Below, piece by piece: positions 1 to 11,534 of a stretch of 64,000 nucleotides of DNA. This DNA is from Limnochordia bacterium. GTDB lineage: Bacteria > Bacillota > Limnochordia > DTU080. The stretch lies in NCBI GenBank assembly GCA_050951545.1, contig JBMNJG010000011.1:320001-384000 (forward strand), written 5' to 3'. Position numbers and translations under genes: made by a program. Numbering within the stretch: position 1 is the stretch's first letter; every line of letters begins with the position of its first letter. The notes under the pieces were generated by a model. It searched no databases, was not told where the DNA came from, and worked only from the letters and a program-made list of their open reading frames with translations.

Positions 1-2
1 TT

Positions 3-290
3 ATTGTCGACGGCCTCAACTCTATTGAAGGCATCTCCTGCCGTTTGCCGGGCGGTGCTTTCTACGTGTATCCGAATGTCACGGGTGCTTGTCACAAGTT
101 GGGCTTGCGCACGTCAAACGAGTTTCAGCAGAAGCTATTGCACGAAGGAAACGTCGCTGTGCTGCCCCGCAGCTCATTCGGTATGCGCAATGTCGGCGAA
201 ACCCAGGAGTATGTCCGTCTCTCCTATGCCACCTCGCGTGAGCATATCGAGGAGGGCCTACGGCGAATTCGATCGGTGGTGGAAGGTTGA
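3..290 (+). CDS. Class I/II PLP-dependent aminotransferase, C-terminal part (5' end outside window)
   Basis: Open frame from base 3; motifs PGGAFYVYPN, VAVLPRSSFG and YVRLSYA are typical of the Asp/aromatic aminotransferase C-terminus. Confidence 0.85.
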   Translation: MVDGLNSIEGISCRLPGGAFYVYPNVTGACHKLGLRTSNEFQQKLLHEGNVAVLPRSSFGMRNVGETQEYVRLSYATSREHIEEGLRRIRSVVEG

Positions 291-368
291 GCCGCGACAG
301 GCGACTTCAATATGGCAGATGATCATTTCGGTAGTAGCACAAGCATTTATCGAGGAGGCCTAACCCCT

Positions 369-2408
369 ATGGCTTTGGAGAAGAATCCCATCAGTCTTGT
401 GCATTTCATGGCCTACCCTGGGCCCGGCAATACCCGTTCAGTGTCCCGGGGCGAGGCGGTGCGCGAGTATCTGTTGCGTTCGCTAAAGGAAGTCCTTGAC
501 GACCCGTACTTTCAAGGTATCGAGATCACCTGGATCAAGGATAAGCGAGTGCGTGCTGAGGTCGCTGCCCTTCTCAAGGAATCAGGGAAGCGGGTTGTGT
601 TCTCCGCCCAACCGATACAGCTGCAGAATGAAGACGCCCTCATTCCTTGGGAGGACATCTCTTGCATCGATGAAGTAGGCAGACGTCAGGCAGTGGAAAG
701 GCTGGAGGGCTGTGTTCGTCAGGCCTATGAGTTGGGGGCTTCCGAGTTTGGTCTGGTCAGTGGGCGTGATCCAGGCGCGGCATCCGGCCTGAAACAGCGC
801 GAAACTGCGATGCGCCAGTTGACGCGTTCGCTGGACGAGCTGTGTGAATACAGCGATCGGTGGGCTGAGAAACAAGGTCTGGATCCCATGCGCATCACGT
901 TGGAGATCTTCGACCGGTCTTCGGAACCCAATCACAAGAATCAGCTGGTCGGTCCTTCGGACGAGGCTGCGGAGTTGGCCCGGCGCCTACGGGATAACTA
1001 TCGTCGGTCGAACTTCGGTCTGCTCTACGATCTCAGCCATATGCCGCTGCTGCGAGGGAATTCGTTTGCCGCGGAGACCCCCGCCGTGCTGCACGAGTTG
1101 GCGCCATTTCTCCATCACGTGCATATCGGCAGTTGCGTAACCAATGCGGAGGATCCGCTCTATGGTGACTCGCATCCACGATTTGACTATGCGGGCAGCG
1201 CTGTTGACGAGGATCTGCTGGCCGAATTCGCAAAGGCTCTTGTAGAGATTGGCTATGAAGGTGGAATCGGCTTTGAGGTCATGCCCTACGGCGATGAGAC
1301 CTCAAGCATGGTGGTACAGAGCACGAAAGCCTTCTTCGACATCGTACGCAGCAGAATCGATGTCAACTACGCTTTGGGTTCATTCTACTTCCAGACCCGG
1401 CGTTTTCTCACCGAGACACTTTTTGACCGCATCAATGAAGTACGCATGGGCAAGCCACAGGCGATCACGGATGCAGTGCAGGCGCGTAAGAGACGAGATT
1501 GTATTGCGCCCGATGGTCGTCTAGTGATCGTGGCAGCTGACCATCCGGGGCGTCGAGTGACGTCAGTTGGCAGTAATCCAACGGCTATGGGCGATCGCAT
1601 GGACTATCTGGGCCGCATCATGCGGACCATGCTAGGCAAGGGCGTCGACGGTCTGATGGCTACACCCGACATTATCGAGGAGGTTCTGTTGGTTGACCAC
1701 CTGCTCAAAGAGCAGGGGGCGGCCAGCATTCTGGATAACAAAGTGTTGATTGGCTCAATGAACCGGGCAGGCCTAAGCGGAGTCGAGTACGAGATGGACG
1801 ACCGCATGACAGCGATGACTGCCCAACAGTTGCTCGATATGGGTTGTGACGGCGGCAAGATGCTGCTGCGCATTGATGCAGCGAAGTTCTCTCGCTACTC
1901 TATCGCTACGATGGATTATTGTGCCAAAGCCGTCGCAGAGTGCCGCGAGGCGGGCTTGCCTACCTTTGTAGAGCCCTTGCCAGTCGTGTCGACAGAGGAA
2001 GGCTACAAGGTTGTTATGGAAGCCGACGCGATTATCCAGGTCATCGGGATAGCCTCATCACTGGGTGGCTCCTCACGAGACATGTGGATTAAGGTCCCCT
2101 ACGTACCGGATTACCACAGAGTGGTGAAAGCGACGACTCTACCAATCCTTATGTTGGGTGGGGCCTCACGTGAGAATCCGTTACGCACCATCAGAGCCTT
2201 TGAAGAGGGTATGGGAGAAGGAGCCAACGTTCGCGGTGTCATGGTAGGACGCAATGTGCTCTACAGTGGGAAGGACGATCCGCTGGCCGTTGTCGAAGCG
2301 ATTGCCATGCTGGTTCACGACTACGCCTCTATTGACCAGGCTGTACGCCATTTGGCACAAGCACGCGGTCGGGACCTCGACTTTCTCACATCGCGACTTG
2401 GTGTCTGA
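369..2408 (+). CDS. Fusion: sugar-phosphate isomerase/epimerase-like TIM barrel + Cgl0159/DeoC-LacD-like class I aldolase barrel
   Basis: ATG 369 after GAGGAGG. N-half has TLEIFD, LYDLSH, HVHIG and GFEV (metal-binding pattern). C-half has IVAADHPGR, DGLMATPDI, GSMNRAGL, DGGKML, WIKVPY, PILMLGG and VGRNVLY. Confidence 0.7.
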   Translation: MALEKNPISLVHFMAYPGPGNTRSVSRGEAVREYLLRSLKEVLDDPYFQGIEITWIKDKRVRAEVAALLKESGKRVVFSAQPIQLQNEDALIPWEDISCIDEVGRRQAVERLEGCVRQAYELGASEFGLVSGRDPGAASGLKQRETAMRQLTRSLDELCEYSDRWAEKQGLDPMRITLEIFDRSSEPNHKNQLVGPSDEAAELARRLRDNYRRSNFGLLYDLSHMPLLRGNSFAAETPAVLHELAPFLHHVHIGSCVTNAEDPLYGDSHPRFDYAGSAVDEDLLAEFAKALVEIGYEGGIGFEVMPYGDETSSMVVQSTKAFFDIVRSRIDVNYALGSFYFQTRRFLTETLFDRINEVRMGKPQAITDAVQARKRRDCIAPDGRLVIVAADHPGRRVTSVGSNPTAMGDRMDYLGRIMRTMLGKGVDGLMATPDIIEEVLLVDHLLKEQGAASILDNKVLIGSMNRAGLSGVEYEMDDRMTAMTAQQLLDMGCDGGKMLLRIDAAKFSRYSIATMDYCAKAVAECREAGLPTFVEPLPVVSTEEGYKVVMEADAIIQVIGIASSLGGSSRDMWIKVPYVPDYHRVVKATTLPILMLGGASRENPLRTIRAFEEGMGEGANVRGVMVGRNVLYSGKDDPLAVVEAIAMLVHDYASIDQAVRHLAQARGRDLDFLTSRLGV

Positions 2409-2436
2409 GCACGTTAACGGTCGGGGAGGAGTTAGT

Positions 2437-2820
2437 GTGTCTGATAGGCGCAGGGTGACCATCACCGCGGGGGCTGTATCAGTTGGTGCGGTGCTAAACG
2501 CCAGTAAAACCGCTGATGCGATATGGGAAGCACTCCCCCTAGAGGCTCGGGCGAATCGCTGGGGAGACGAGATCTATTTCGGTATCCCAGTGCGATTGGG
2601 CTCGGAAGATGGTCAGGAAGTTGTCGAGGTAGGTGATCTGGCGTACTGGCCACCAGGAAATGCGTTCTGCATTTTCTGGGGGCCGACCCCAGCGAGTAGG
2701 GGCAGCGAGATTCGTCCAGCCAGTGCTGTCAATGTCCTTGGGAGAATTGATGGTGACGCCACCGTTTTCTCTTCGGTACGTTCAGGGGTTACGGTGCGGA
2801 TCGAAAAATATAGCGACTGA
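2437..2820 (+). CDS. Cyclophilin-like fold protein (DUF369/TM1367 family)
   Basis: GTG 2437 after GGAGGA; motifs RWGDEIYF, GDLAYWPPGNAFCIFWGPTP, RPASAVNVLG. Confidence 0.85.
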   Translation: MSDRRRVTITAGAVSVGAVLNASKTADAIWEALPLEARANRWGDEIYFGIPVRLGSEDGQEVVEVGDLAYWPPGNAFCIFWGPTPASRGSEIRPASAVNVLGRIDGDATVFSSVRSGVTVRIEKYSD

Positions 2821-2843
2821 GCTGGGCTATCGGAGGAAAGCGC

Positions 2844-3575
2844 TTGTTTATCGACGTTACCCTTGTTCCAGCAGAGATAGGCGAGCATCAACCATTGGCG
2901 GATTGCGCCGTAATCGTGATCGATGTGTTACGAGCCACATCGACGATAGTGACTGCCCTTGACGCGGGCGCTGGCAGTGTGGTAGCTGTAGCGGATGCCG
3001 CGGAGGCTCGCACTCTAGCTGAAGCGCTGGGTGAGGGTGCTGTTCTGGGAGGGGAGAGGGGAGGTATTGCTCTCCCTGGCTTCCAGTTAGGGAATTCGCC
3101 ACTAGAGTACACTCGTGAGAAAGTGGCGGGCCGGACGGTGATCCTCACGACTACGAATGGCACCTACACTCTGCATCGCTCGGAAAGCGCGGCGGCAGTG
3201 GCCGTCGCAGCCTTCATCAACGCGGATGCTGCAGTTGCGTGGGCTGGGGCTCAGCTTAAGGCAGGTCGGAAGCTGATTCTGGCTTGTGCAGGCACCATGC
3301 GCCGGTTCTCCCGTGAAGACGCCTGCTGCGCAGGTCTCGTGGTAGAGCGGTTGCGGCAGCAGCTACCGGGTTCGCTACAGTGTACGGACGGGGCGGTAGC
3401 TGCAGAACAACTGTGGATTGCTGCTGAGCGCAATCCGCACCTAGTGCTGCATGAGAGCTCCCACGGAGCTGGCCTCCTCAAACTCGGTTTTGGTGCCGAC
3501 CTTGCGTACTGCGCACAGCTGTCTCGTAGCGACTCGGTTCCGCAGCTGCGTGACAGGCGCTTGGTACTGCGCTAG
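2844..3575 (+). CDS. comB: 2-phosphosulfolactate phosphatase family protein
   Basis: VIDVLRATSTI, GERGG, GNSPLEY, TTTNGT, EDACCAG. Confidence 0.9.
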   Translation: MFIDVTLVPAEIGEHQPLADCAVIVIDVLRATSTIVTALDAGAGSVVAVADAAEARTLAEALGEGAVLGGERGGIALPGFQLGNSPLEYTREKVAGRTVILTTTNGTYTLHRSESAAAVAVAAFINADAAVAWAGAQLKAGRKLILACAGTMRRFSREDACCAGLVVERLRQQLPGSLQCTDGAVAAEQLWIAAERNPHLVLHESSHGAGLLKLGFGADLAYCAQLSRSDSVPQLRDRRLVLR

Positions 3576-3650
3576 GGAATTCGCAGAGGAAATGGGGCGC
3601 GTGAGCGTCGAGGCCTCTTCGGCTAAGACAGCAAACGGGCCCATTTCCTC

Positions 3651-3679
3651 TTGCAAATGCCAGACAGGTTATCTATGAT
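3651..3679 (+). promoter_or_regulatory. sigmaA-type promoter of groESL
   Basis: TTGCAA-17 nt-TATGAT just upstream of CIRCE. Confidence 0.75.
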
Positions 3680-3689
3680 AGGGATGGGT

Positions 3690-3716
3690 TTGGCACTCGC
3701 TGCATATGAGTGCTAA
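3690..3716 (+). promoter_or_regulatory. CIRCE element (HrcA operator)
   Basis: TTGGCACTC-N9-GAGTGCTAA, one mismatch to TTAGCACTC-N9-GAGTGCTAA, upstream of groES. Confidence 0.95.
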
Positions 3717-3772
3717 CAGAATCCATGAATAGTACGTACCAAGGCTCGTTGATGATGCAAGGAGGGAAAGAC

Positions 3773-4063
3773 GTGAACCTGAAACCGCTTGCGGATCGAG
3801 TGGTTGTCGAACCCATTGAGGCAGAGGAGATGACTGGTAGCGGTATCCTCATTCCCGATACTGCGAAGGAAAAGCCTCAACAGGGTCGTGTGATGGCTGT
3901 GGGCAGTGGCAAGCTGGCCAGCAATGGTGAACGGGTGCCGATACCAGTACAGGTTGGCGATGTCGTCTTGTTTGCCCGGTATGCTGGTTCAGAAGTGAAG
4001 CTCTCGGGCAAGAAGTACATGATCATGAACGAAAGCGAGCTACTGGCTGTCATTGCCGAGTAG
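3773..4063 (+). CDS. groES: Co-chaperonin GroES
   Basis: GTG after AAGGAGG; LKPLADRVVV, GILIPDTAKEKPQQG. Confidence 0.97.
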   Translation: MNLKPLADRVVVEPIEAEEMTGSGILIPDTAKEKPQQGRVMAVGSGKLASNGERVPIPVQVGDVVLFARYAGSEVKLSGKKYMIMNESELLAVIAE

Positions 4064-4081
4064 TCTTCTGGCATTACATAG

Positions 4082-5749
<1,668 letters not shown>

Positions 5750-5794
5750 TCGACTGCAGCGAGCCATTGTGGCGGTGCAGTCTGGATGTTGGGC

Positions 5795-5830
5795 AGGCGG
5801 GAGCCCTTGGGGTGTCCCGCCTTCGCTTAT
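5795..5830 (+). terminator. Probable groEL terminator hairpin
   Basis: AGGCGGGA...TCCCGCCT stem with a weak T tail. Confidence 0.5.
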
Positions 5831-5882
5831 CGTTGGCTTGGGATGTGGCCCGCTCAGATGAGAGATGCTTTAGTGAAGTGGG

Positions 5883-6437
5883 GTGAAGAAAGTGGCTATG
5901 CGCCATGACGTGGAACAGATTCTCTTCGATCAGGAGACTATTGCCAAGAGGGTCAAGGAGCTAGGTACGCAGATCACCAGCGACTATGCAGGAAGGCAGC
6001 CCTTTCTCATCTGTATTTTGAAGGGGGCGTCTATCTTTATGGCGGATCTGTGCCGGCGCATCGATCTGCCAGTAGCTCTCGATTTCATGGCCATATCTAG
6101 CTATGGTGCTGGGACAAGCAGTTCTGGGGTTGTGCGTATCGCCAAGGATCTTGACCGTTCGATCGAGAACAAGGATGTAATCATTGTGGAGGATATCGTG
6201 GACAGTGGCCTGACACTCTCCTATCTGTTGGCCAACCTGAGCTCGCGTCACCCGGCTTCGCTGCGTATCTGTGTCCTTCTGGATAAGATGGAGCGGCGCG
6301 AGGTCGAGGTGCCCGTTGACTACAGGGGCTTTGTGATACCCGATCATTTTGTAGTCGGTTACGGGCTGGACTATGCAGAGAAGTACCGCAACCTGCCCTA
6401 CGTTGGCGTGCTCAAACCAGAGGTCTACAAGGCCTGA
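5883..6437 (+). CDS. hpt: Hypoxanthine phosphoribosyltransferase
   Basis: ILKGA, IIVEDIVDSGLTL, FVVGYGLDYAEKYRNLPY. Confidence 0.97.
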   Translation: MKKVAMRHDVEQILFDQETIAKRVKELGTQITSDYAGRQPFLICILKGASIFMADLCRRIDLPVALDFMAISSYGAGTSSSGVVRIAKDLDRSIENKDVIIVEDIVDSGLTLSYLLANLSSRHPASLRICVLLDKMERREVEVPVDYRGFVIPDHFVVGYGLDYAEKYRNLPYVGVLKPEVYKA

Positions 6438-6460
6438 TCCTTTTGTTGGGGGGGACGCAC

Positions 6461-8030
6461 ATGTCGGAAAGCACGACATCCATACCGCTTCACGATTGGG
6501 TTGCCGTTGATTGATTGTGGCGGGAATTTCAGTCATCTCGTGGCCCGCAAAGTGCGCGAGTGTCACGTGTATTGCGAGATATGGCCTCACACCACTTCCG
6601 TAGCCGAGATTCTGGAAAGGCGGCCGAAGGGCATTATCCTCTCGGGAGGCACCTCGAGTGTTTTTGACGAGGCCGCTCCACACTGTCACACAGAGTTCTT
6701 TCAGGCAGGCATACCGGTTCTAGGCATTTGCTATGGCATGCATGTGATGGCGCAAGCTCTGGGCGGCAAGGTAGTACCCGGGAGCAGTTCTGAGTTTGGG
6801 CGGGCCCGCGTGCACCTGCTTGACCGAGGTGACCTTTTGGCAGGGATTGATGACGAAGCTGGTGGGGGCATGGTAGCCTGGATGCGCTATGGGGATCGAG
6901 TTGAGGTGGTTCCGCCTAGCTTCGATGTGATTGCTCACACAGATAACGTTGCTGTAGCGGCGATGCGGCATGTTGATCGGCGGTTTTTCGGTATTCAGTT
7001 TCATCCCGAGGTAGAAGAGACGCCCCAGGGCAGGGAGGTCCTGCGCAACTTCGTCGTGGATACATGCGGCTGCCGTCCTACGTGGACGATGGAAAGTTTT
7101 GTGGAATCGGCGGTCGAGGAGATTCGTGCACAGGTCGGCAAACAGAAGGTGCTCGCTGCCTTGTCCGGAGGGGTTGATTCGGCCGTAGCAGCGGCGCTGG
7201 TGGAGCGGGCTGTTGGCGATCAACTGACCTGCGTTTTCGTCAATAACGGGTTCATGCGGCGAGGAGAACCTGAACAGGTTGGTGAGGTCTTCTCTGCGCG
7301 CATGGGTAGCGGCTTTCGCAGTGTAGATGCATCAGAGCGCTTTCTGAGCAAGCTTGAGGGCGTGGCAGATCCGGAGACCAAACGCAAGATCATTGGAGAG
7401 GAATTCATTCGCGTCTTTGAAGAAGAGGCCCGGGGGTTGGGAGAGGTACGCTATCTTGTGCAGGGTACCCTCTATCCTGATGTCATCGAGAGCATGAGTG
7501 CAGGGGCGAAGGTGATCAAGAGTCACCATAACGTGGGCGGCCTCCCGGAGTGCATGCATTTGGATCTCATTGAGCCGTTACGTCAGCTTTTCAAGGATGA
7601 GGTGCGCGAACTAGGCTTAGTACTGGGACTACCGTCCTCTATCGTCTGGCGGCAGCCGTTTCCCGGCCCGGGCCTGGCCATTCGCATCTGTGGGGCCATA
7701 GACAGGGAGCGCCTCGCCATCGTGCGCCAGGCCGATGCGATTGTGTGCGAGGAGATTGATCAGGCAGGCCTAGGGCGCGAGATCTGGCAATATTTCGCTG
7801 TCGTGACGGATACGCGCAGCGTCGGTGTGGCCGAAGATACGCGCACTTATGGCTACGCGGTCGCCATTCGGGCGGTCACCTCTCAAGATGCGATGACTGC
7901 TGAGTGGGGTCGATTGCCCTATGATCTCTTAGATCGGATGGCGTCACGGATCATGCACGAAGTAGATCATGTCAACCGCGTAGTATACGACGTCAGCTCG
8001 AAGCCGCCCGCTACAATAGAGTGGGAGTAG
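6461..8030 (+). CDS. guaA: GMP synthase (apparent 1-nt frameshift near 6506-6509; main ORF 6501-8030)
   Basis: [47 protein letters not shown]; ATG 6461 follows a G-rich RBS but is in a different frame. Confidence 0.93.
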
Positions 8031-8771
8031 GTGCCGCTGTTGGCCTGGCGCGTTGGATGGCTGGCGATAGCTCTCTGGCTCGTTTGTCTGTCGCCTGTGC
8101 GTGCCTGTGGGATAGATCTGGAGGTCTTCTGTCCCGAGCATATCACCGTGGGGATGCAGGCGGCTTACGGCGGGGCAATCTTGTTTCCTCCCGATGAGGC
8201 CTGTGGACCTTTCGATGCAGGGTATCGCTTCGTGGCTGGTATGCAACTCGACGAGCTTCTAGCGGGGGTCGACGTGCTGTGGCTGGAGATTCATGCACAT
8301 ACTCCCCCGCTGCATGCGCAGGAGATCAATATGTGGGGGGAGTATCTTCGTCGTGGCGGCAGTCTTCTTGTAGCGGCTTCGACAAGAGGAAAAGCGGAGG
8401 CCAACCGCCTGCTAGAAATCCTGGGGGCGAGAGTGCGCTTAGGTGATGATCTTTCTGTTGTTTCGGCGCGCGTTCCGACTCCGCAATGGCGGGAGGACCT
8501 GGTCCCCATACAGCTTACGGAGGCAGTTGGGCTGACTGGCATTGACGGTTCTGTCACTGTGCTCTTGGAGGTGGCCGGGCACGTAGGGGTGGGCAGCTTG
8601 GAGGCGGTGGGCAAAGGACAGCTGGCTGTCTGTGCTGGTACGCTCGACCCCTTGTGCCACGAAGACACCGAGTTCGACAACGGTCCGTTTCTCCAGGCGC
8701 TGCTAGGATGGTTAGGCACGAAGGCCAAGGCCGCGTTGCTCGACGAGCGTAGGCTTTGTGTCGATCAGTAG
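8031..8771 (+). CDS. Hypothetical exported protein, possible DUF4350/GldG-like (class I GATase-like) fold
   Basis: N-terminal signal-like segment; pattern DVLWL...YLRRGGSLLV...NRLL...GKGQLAV...DNGPFLQALLGWL. Confidence 0.5.
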   Translation: MPLLAWRVGWLAIALWLVCLSPVRACGIDLEVFCPEHITVGMQAAYGGAILFPPDEACGPFDAGYRFVAGMQLDELLAGVDVLWLEIHAHTPPLHAQEINMWGEYLRRGGSLLVAASTRGKAEANRLLEILGARVRLGDDLSVVSARVPTPQWREDLVPIQLTEAVGLTGIDGSVTVLLEVAGHVGVGSLEAVGKGQLAVCAGTLDPLCHEDTEFDNGPFLQALLGWLGTKAKAALLDERRLCVDQ

Positions 8772-8810
8772 ATGCACAGCGTAACACGATCAGCTAGGGG
8801 GGGTGCGGCT

Positions 8811-10151
8811 TTGAAAGTGTTAGATACGCGGACGCTTGAGCGTACTGAACTGCACCAAGCGTTGCGGCGGCCTGAGATTGATGAAGTGACACTCGAGCCT
8901 ACGGTAGCAGCTCGTCTTCAAGAGATTTTTGGACGCCCTTTGAGTGCTGCAGAAGCGGTGGCTGAGATCGTTGAGGACGTGGCCACACAGGGCGATGCCG
9001 CCGTTTTGGATTACACTCGGCGTATTGATGCAGTTCAGCTGCAACCTGAGACGCTCTTCGTAAGCGAAGAGGAGTTTGCGAGGGCTCAACGAGAGGCTGA
9101 CCCAGCCGTGGTCGACGCGATGCGCACAGCTGCGGTGCAAATCGAGGCATTTCACAAGATGCAACTGCGGCAGTCCTCGTTTATGACTGGTCCCGGGGGG
9201 GCAGTGCTCGGCCAGCGCATTCTGCCCATAGATAGTGTCGGATGCTATGTTCCGGGTGGGCGCGCTCCGCTGGTCTCATCAGCGTTGATGTCTGTCATAC
9301 CAGCACGGGTGGCTGGCGTCCGGGAGATCATTGCAGCCACACCACCAAATCGACAAGGCCAAGTGGACTGTCATGTCCTTGTTGCTTTGCAGGAGGCTGG
9401 TGCCCATCGCGTGCTACGGGTGGGAGGCGCACAAGCAGTAGCTGCATTGGCCCATGGTACTGCCACTATTCCTCGGGTTGACAAGATCGTGGGTCCAGGC
9501 AACCTCTTTGTGACACTGGCCAAGCGGCGGGTTTTTGGCCGCGTCGGAATTGACTCTCTGGCTGGGCCGAGTGAGATCATGGTAGTGGCAGATGATAGCG
9601 CTCCAGCGGAGTTCGTGGCGGCTGATCTGCTTTCTCAAGCCGAACATGACCCGGCGGCAGCTGCGATCTTGGTCACCCCCTCTGAGAAGCTACTGCAAGC
9701 AGTGCTTCAGGAACTTGAGAGCCAAGTGCCCACCTTGGCTCGCCAGGAGACGGCGCGAGAGTCACTGGCTCGGTGGGGCCGTGCAGTGCTATGCCGCGAT
9801 CTGACAGAGGCCTGCAAGTTGGTCAATGTGGTGGCGCCCGAACACGTGGAGCTGGCTGTAGCTGATCCATGGGCCTTGCTGTCTCAAGTGCGCAATGCTG
9901 GGGCGGTCTTCTTGGGGTTGGCCTCCGCAGAACCTATTGGTGACTATGTCGCCGGACCAAATCACATTCTGCCGACGAACGGTACTGCGCGTTTCGCATC
10001 GGCACTGGGTGTAGATGATTTCGTGCGGCGCAGCAACATCATCGCTTATACGGAGGCGGCACTGGCTCAGTTGGGGCCAGCGGCGGTACGTCTAGCCGAC
10101 GTCGAGGGGTTAGGGGCGCATGGTGCCGCAGTGCGTCGTCGACTTCCGTGA
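8811..10151 (+). CDS. hisD: Histidinol dehydrogenase
   Basis: GCYVPGG, KIVGPGN, AGPSEI, QAEHD, APEH, GDYVAGPNHILPT; TTG 8811 after G-rich RBS (alternative ATG 8772). Confidence 0.97.
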   Translation: MKVLDTRTLERTELHQALRRPEIDEVTLEPTVAARLQEIFGRPLSAAEAVAEIVEDVATQGDAAVLDYTRRIDAVQLQPETLFVSEEEFARAQREADPAVVDAMRTAAVQIEAFHKMQLRQSSFMTGPGGAVLGQRILPIDSVGCYVPGGRAPLVSSALMSVIPARVAGVREIIAATPPNRQGQVDCHVLVALQEAGAHRVLRVGGAQAVAALAHGTATIPRVDKIVGPGNLFVTLAKRRVFGRVGIDSLAGPSEIMVVADDSAPAEFVAADLLSQAEHDPAAAAILVTPSEKLLQAVLQELESQVPTLARQETARESLARWGRAVLCRDLTEACKLVNVVAPEHVELAVADPWALLSQVRNAGAVFLGLASAEPIGDYVAGPNHILPTNGTARFASALGVDDFVRRSNIIAYTEAALAQLGPAAVRLADVEGLGAHGAAVRRRLP

Positions 10152-10185
10152 GCGAAGTGCGGTCAGGAAAGCGAGGGATAGCCGC

Positions 10186-10797
10186 ATGAAAGAGCGAAAA
10201 AGTCTACCCTTACGTCAAGCCTGTGTTGAACGTACGACTCGCGAGACGCGGATTAGCCTGGAGCTGACCTTAGACGGCACTGGTGAAGCAACGGTCTCCA
10301 CTGGAATCGGTTTTCTCGACCATTGTCTCGAGGCGTTGGCCAAGCACAGCTTGTGCAATCTGCAGGTGAACTGTCAAGGCGACCTGCATGTGGACGGGCA
10401 TCACAGCGTAGAAGATATAGGGATCTGTCTTGGGCAAGCCCTGGCGCAAGCCTGCGGCGACAAGAGAGGGATTAGCCGCTTTGGCTTGGCCGTAGTGCCT
10501 ATGGACGAAGCTCTGGTAGAAGTCGCTCTCGATTTCAGCGGACGGGCTGGCCTTGGCTGGCACTCCTTCAACCTACCTCAGGCAATGGTTGGCAATTTCG
10601 ACGTCAGCCTGAGTAAGGAGTTCTTCCGTGCCCTGACGGCGAATGCTGGGATGACCGCGCATTTCACATGCCGTTGCGGCGAGAACTCTCACCACATTAT
10701 TGAAGCCACCTTCAAAGCCTTTGCTCGGGCGCTAAATGAAGCGTGTCGTCGTGATCCCGAGCTTAACGAGGTCCCCTCGACCAAGGGAGTGCTCTAG
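10186..10797 (+). CDS. hisB: Imidazoleglycerol-phosphate dehydratase
   Basis: TGIGFLDH, DGHHSVED, PMDEAL, NSHHIIEATFKA, PSTKGVL. Confidence 0.97.
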   Translation: MKERKSLPLRQACVERTTRETRISLELTLDGTGEATVSTGIGFLDHCLEALAKHSLCNLQVNCQGDLHVDGHHSVEDIGICLGQALAQACGDKRGISRFGLAVVPMDEALVEVALDFSGRAGLGWHSFNLPQAMVGNFDVSLSKEFFRALTANAGMTAHFTCRCGENSHHIIEATFKAFARALNEACRRDPELNEVPSTKGVL

Positions 10798-10809
10798 GAG
10801 GCAGCCAAA

Positions 10810-11532
10810 ATGATAGTGATACCAGCCATTGATCTCAAGGATGGTGAATGTGTGCGTCTCGTTCAGGGACGGGCAGAGCAGCTGAGCGTGGTAGCTGACG
10901 ATCCTGTGGAGACCGCCCTGCGTTGGCAGGAAGCAGGAGCGCGTCTTCTGCACGTGATTGATCTAGATGGAGCTTTTGAGGGCAAACCGCGTAATTTAGC
11001 TGTTGTGGCCGAGATTGTCCGTGCTTTGTCAATCCCCGTGCAGATGGGCGGAGGCATGCGCAGTTTGGACGGATTGCGCGCCGTGCTTGAGGTCGGGGTG
11101 CAGCGGGTCATTCTGGGGACAGTCGCCGTAGAGAAGCCGTCACTGGTTCGACAGGCTGTCGAGCTATTCGGTGAGCGCATTGTGGTAGGCATCGATGCTC
11201 AGGATGGCCAAGTGGCCGTGCGTGGCTGGGTTGAGGGAACGCAGCTCGATGCGGTTGAATTGGCTAAGCAGGTGCGCGATGATGGTGTCATGGAGGTCAT
11301 CTTCACAGACATTGCACGTGATGGTACGCTCCTGGGGCCGAACCTAGAGAGCCTCGCCCGTGTGGCAGCAGTACCGGGGCTATCGGTCATAGCCGCTGGC
11401 GGCGTGGCCTCCCTTGATGATCTACTGGCGATTAAGACAATTGAGGGTGTGAAGGGGGCAATTGTGGGCAAGGCTTTGTATAGTGGCCACATAGACTTAT
11501 CAGAAGCAATTGAGAAGATAGAGAGGTCATAG
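10810..11532 (+). CDS. hisA: ProFAR isomerase
   Basis: [40 protein letters not shown]. Confidence 0.96.
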   Translation: MIVIPAIDLKDGECVRLVQGRAEQLSVVADDPVETALRWQEAGARLLHVIDLDGAFEGKPRNLAVVAEIVRALSIPVQMGGGMRSLDGLRAVLEVGVQRVILGTVAVEKPSLVRQAVELFGERIVVGIDAQDGQVAVRGWVEGTQLDAVELAKQVRDDGVMEVIFTDIARDGTLLGPNLESLARVAAVPGLSVIAAGGVASLDDLLAIKTIEGVKGAIVGKALYSGHIDLSEAIEKIERS

Positions 11533-11534
11533 GC

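Noticed and set aside
2844-3575. Spore sulfolactate or coenzyme M pathway from comB plus sat
   Set aside because: The genes are ~32 kb apart, comA and APS/PAPS reductase are not in the window, and stand-alone comB is widespread.
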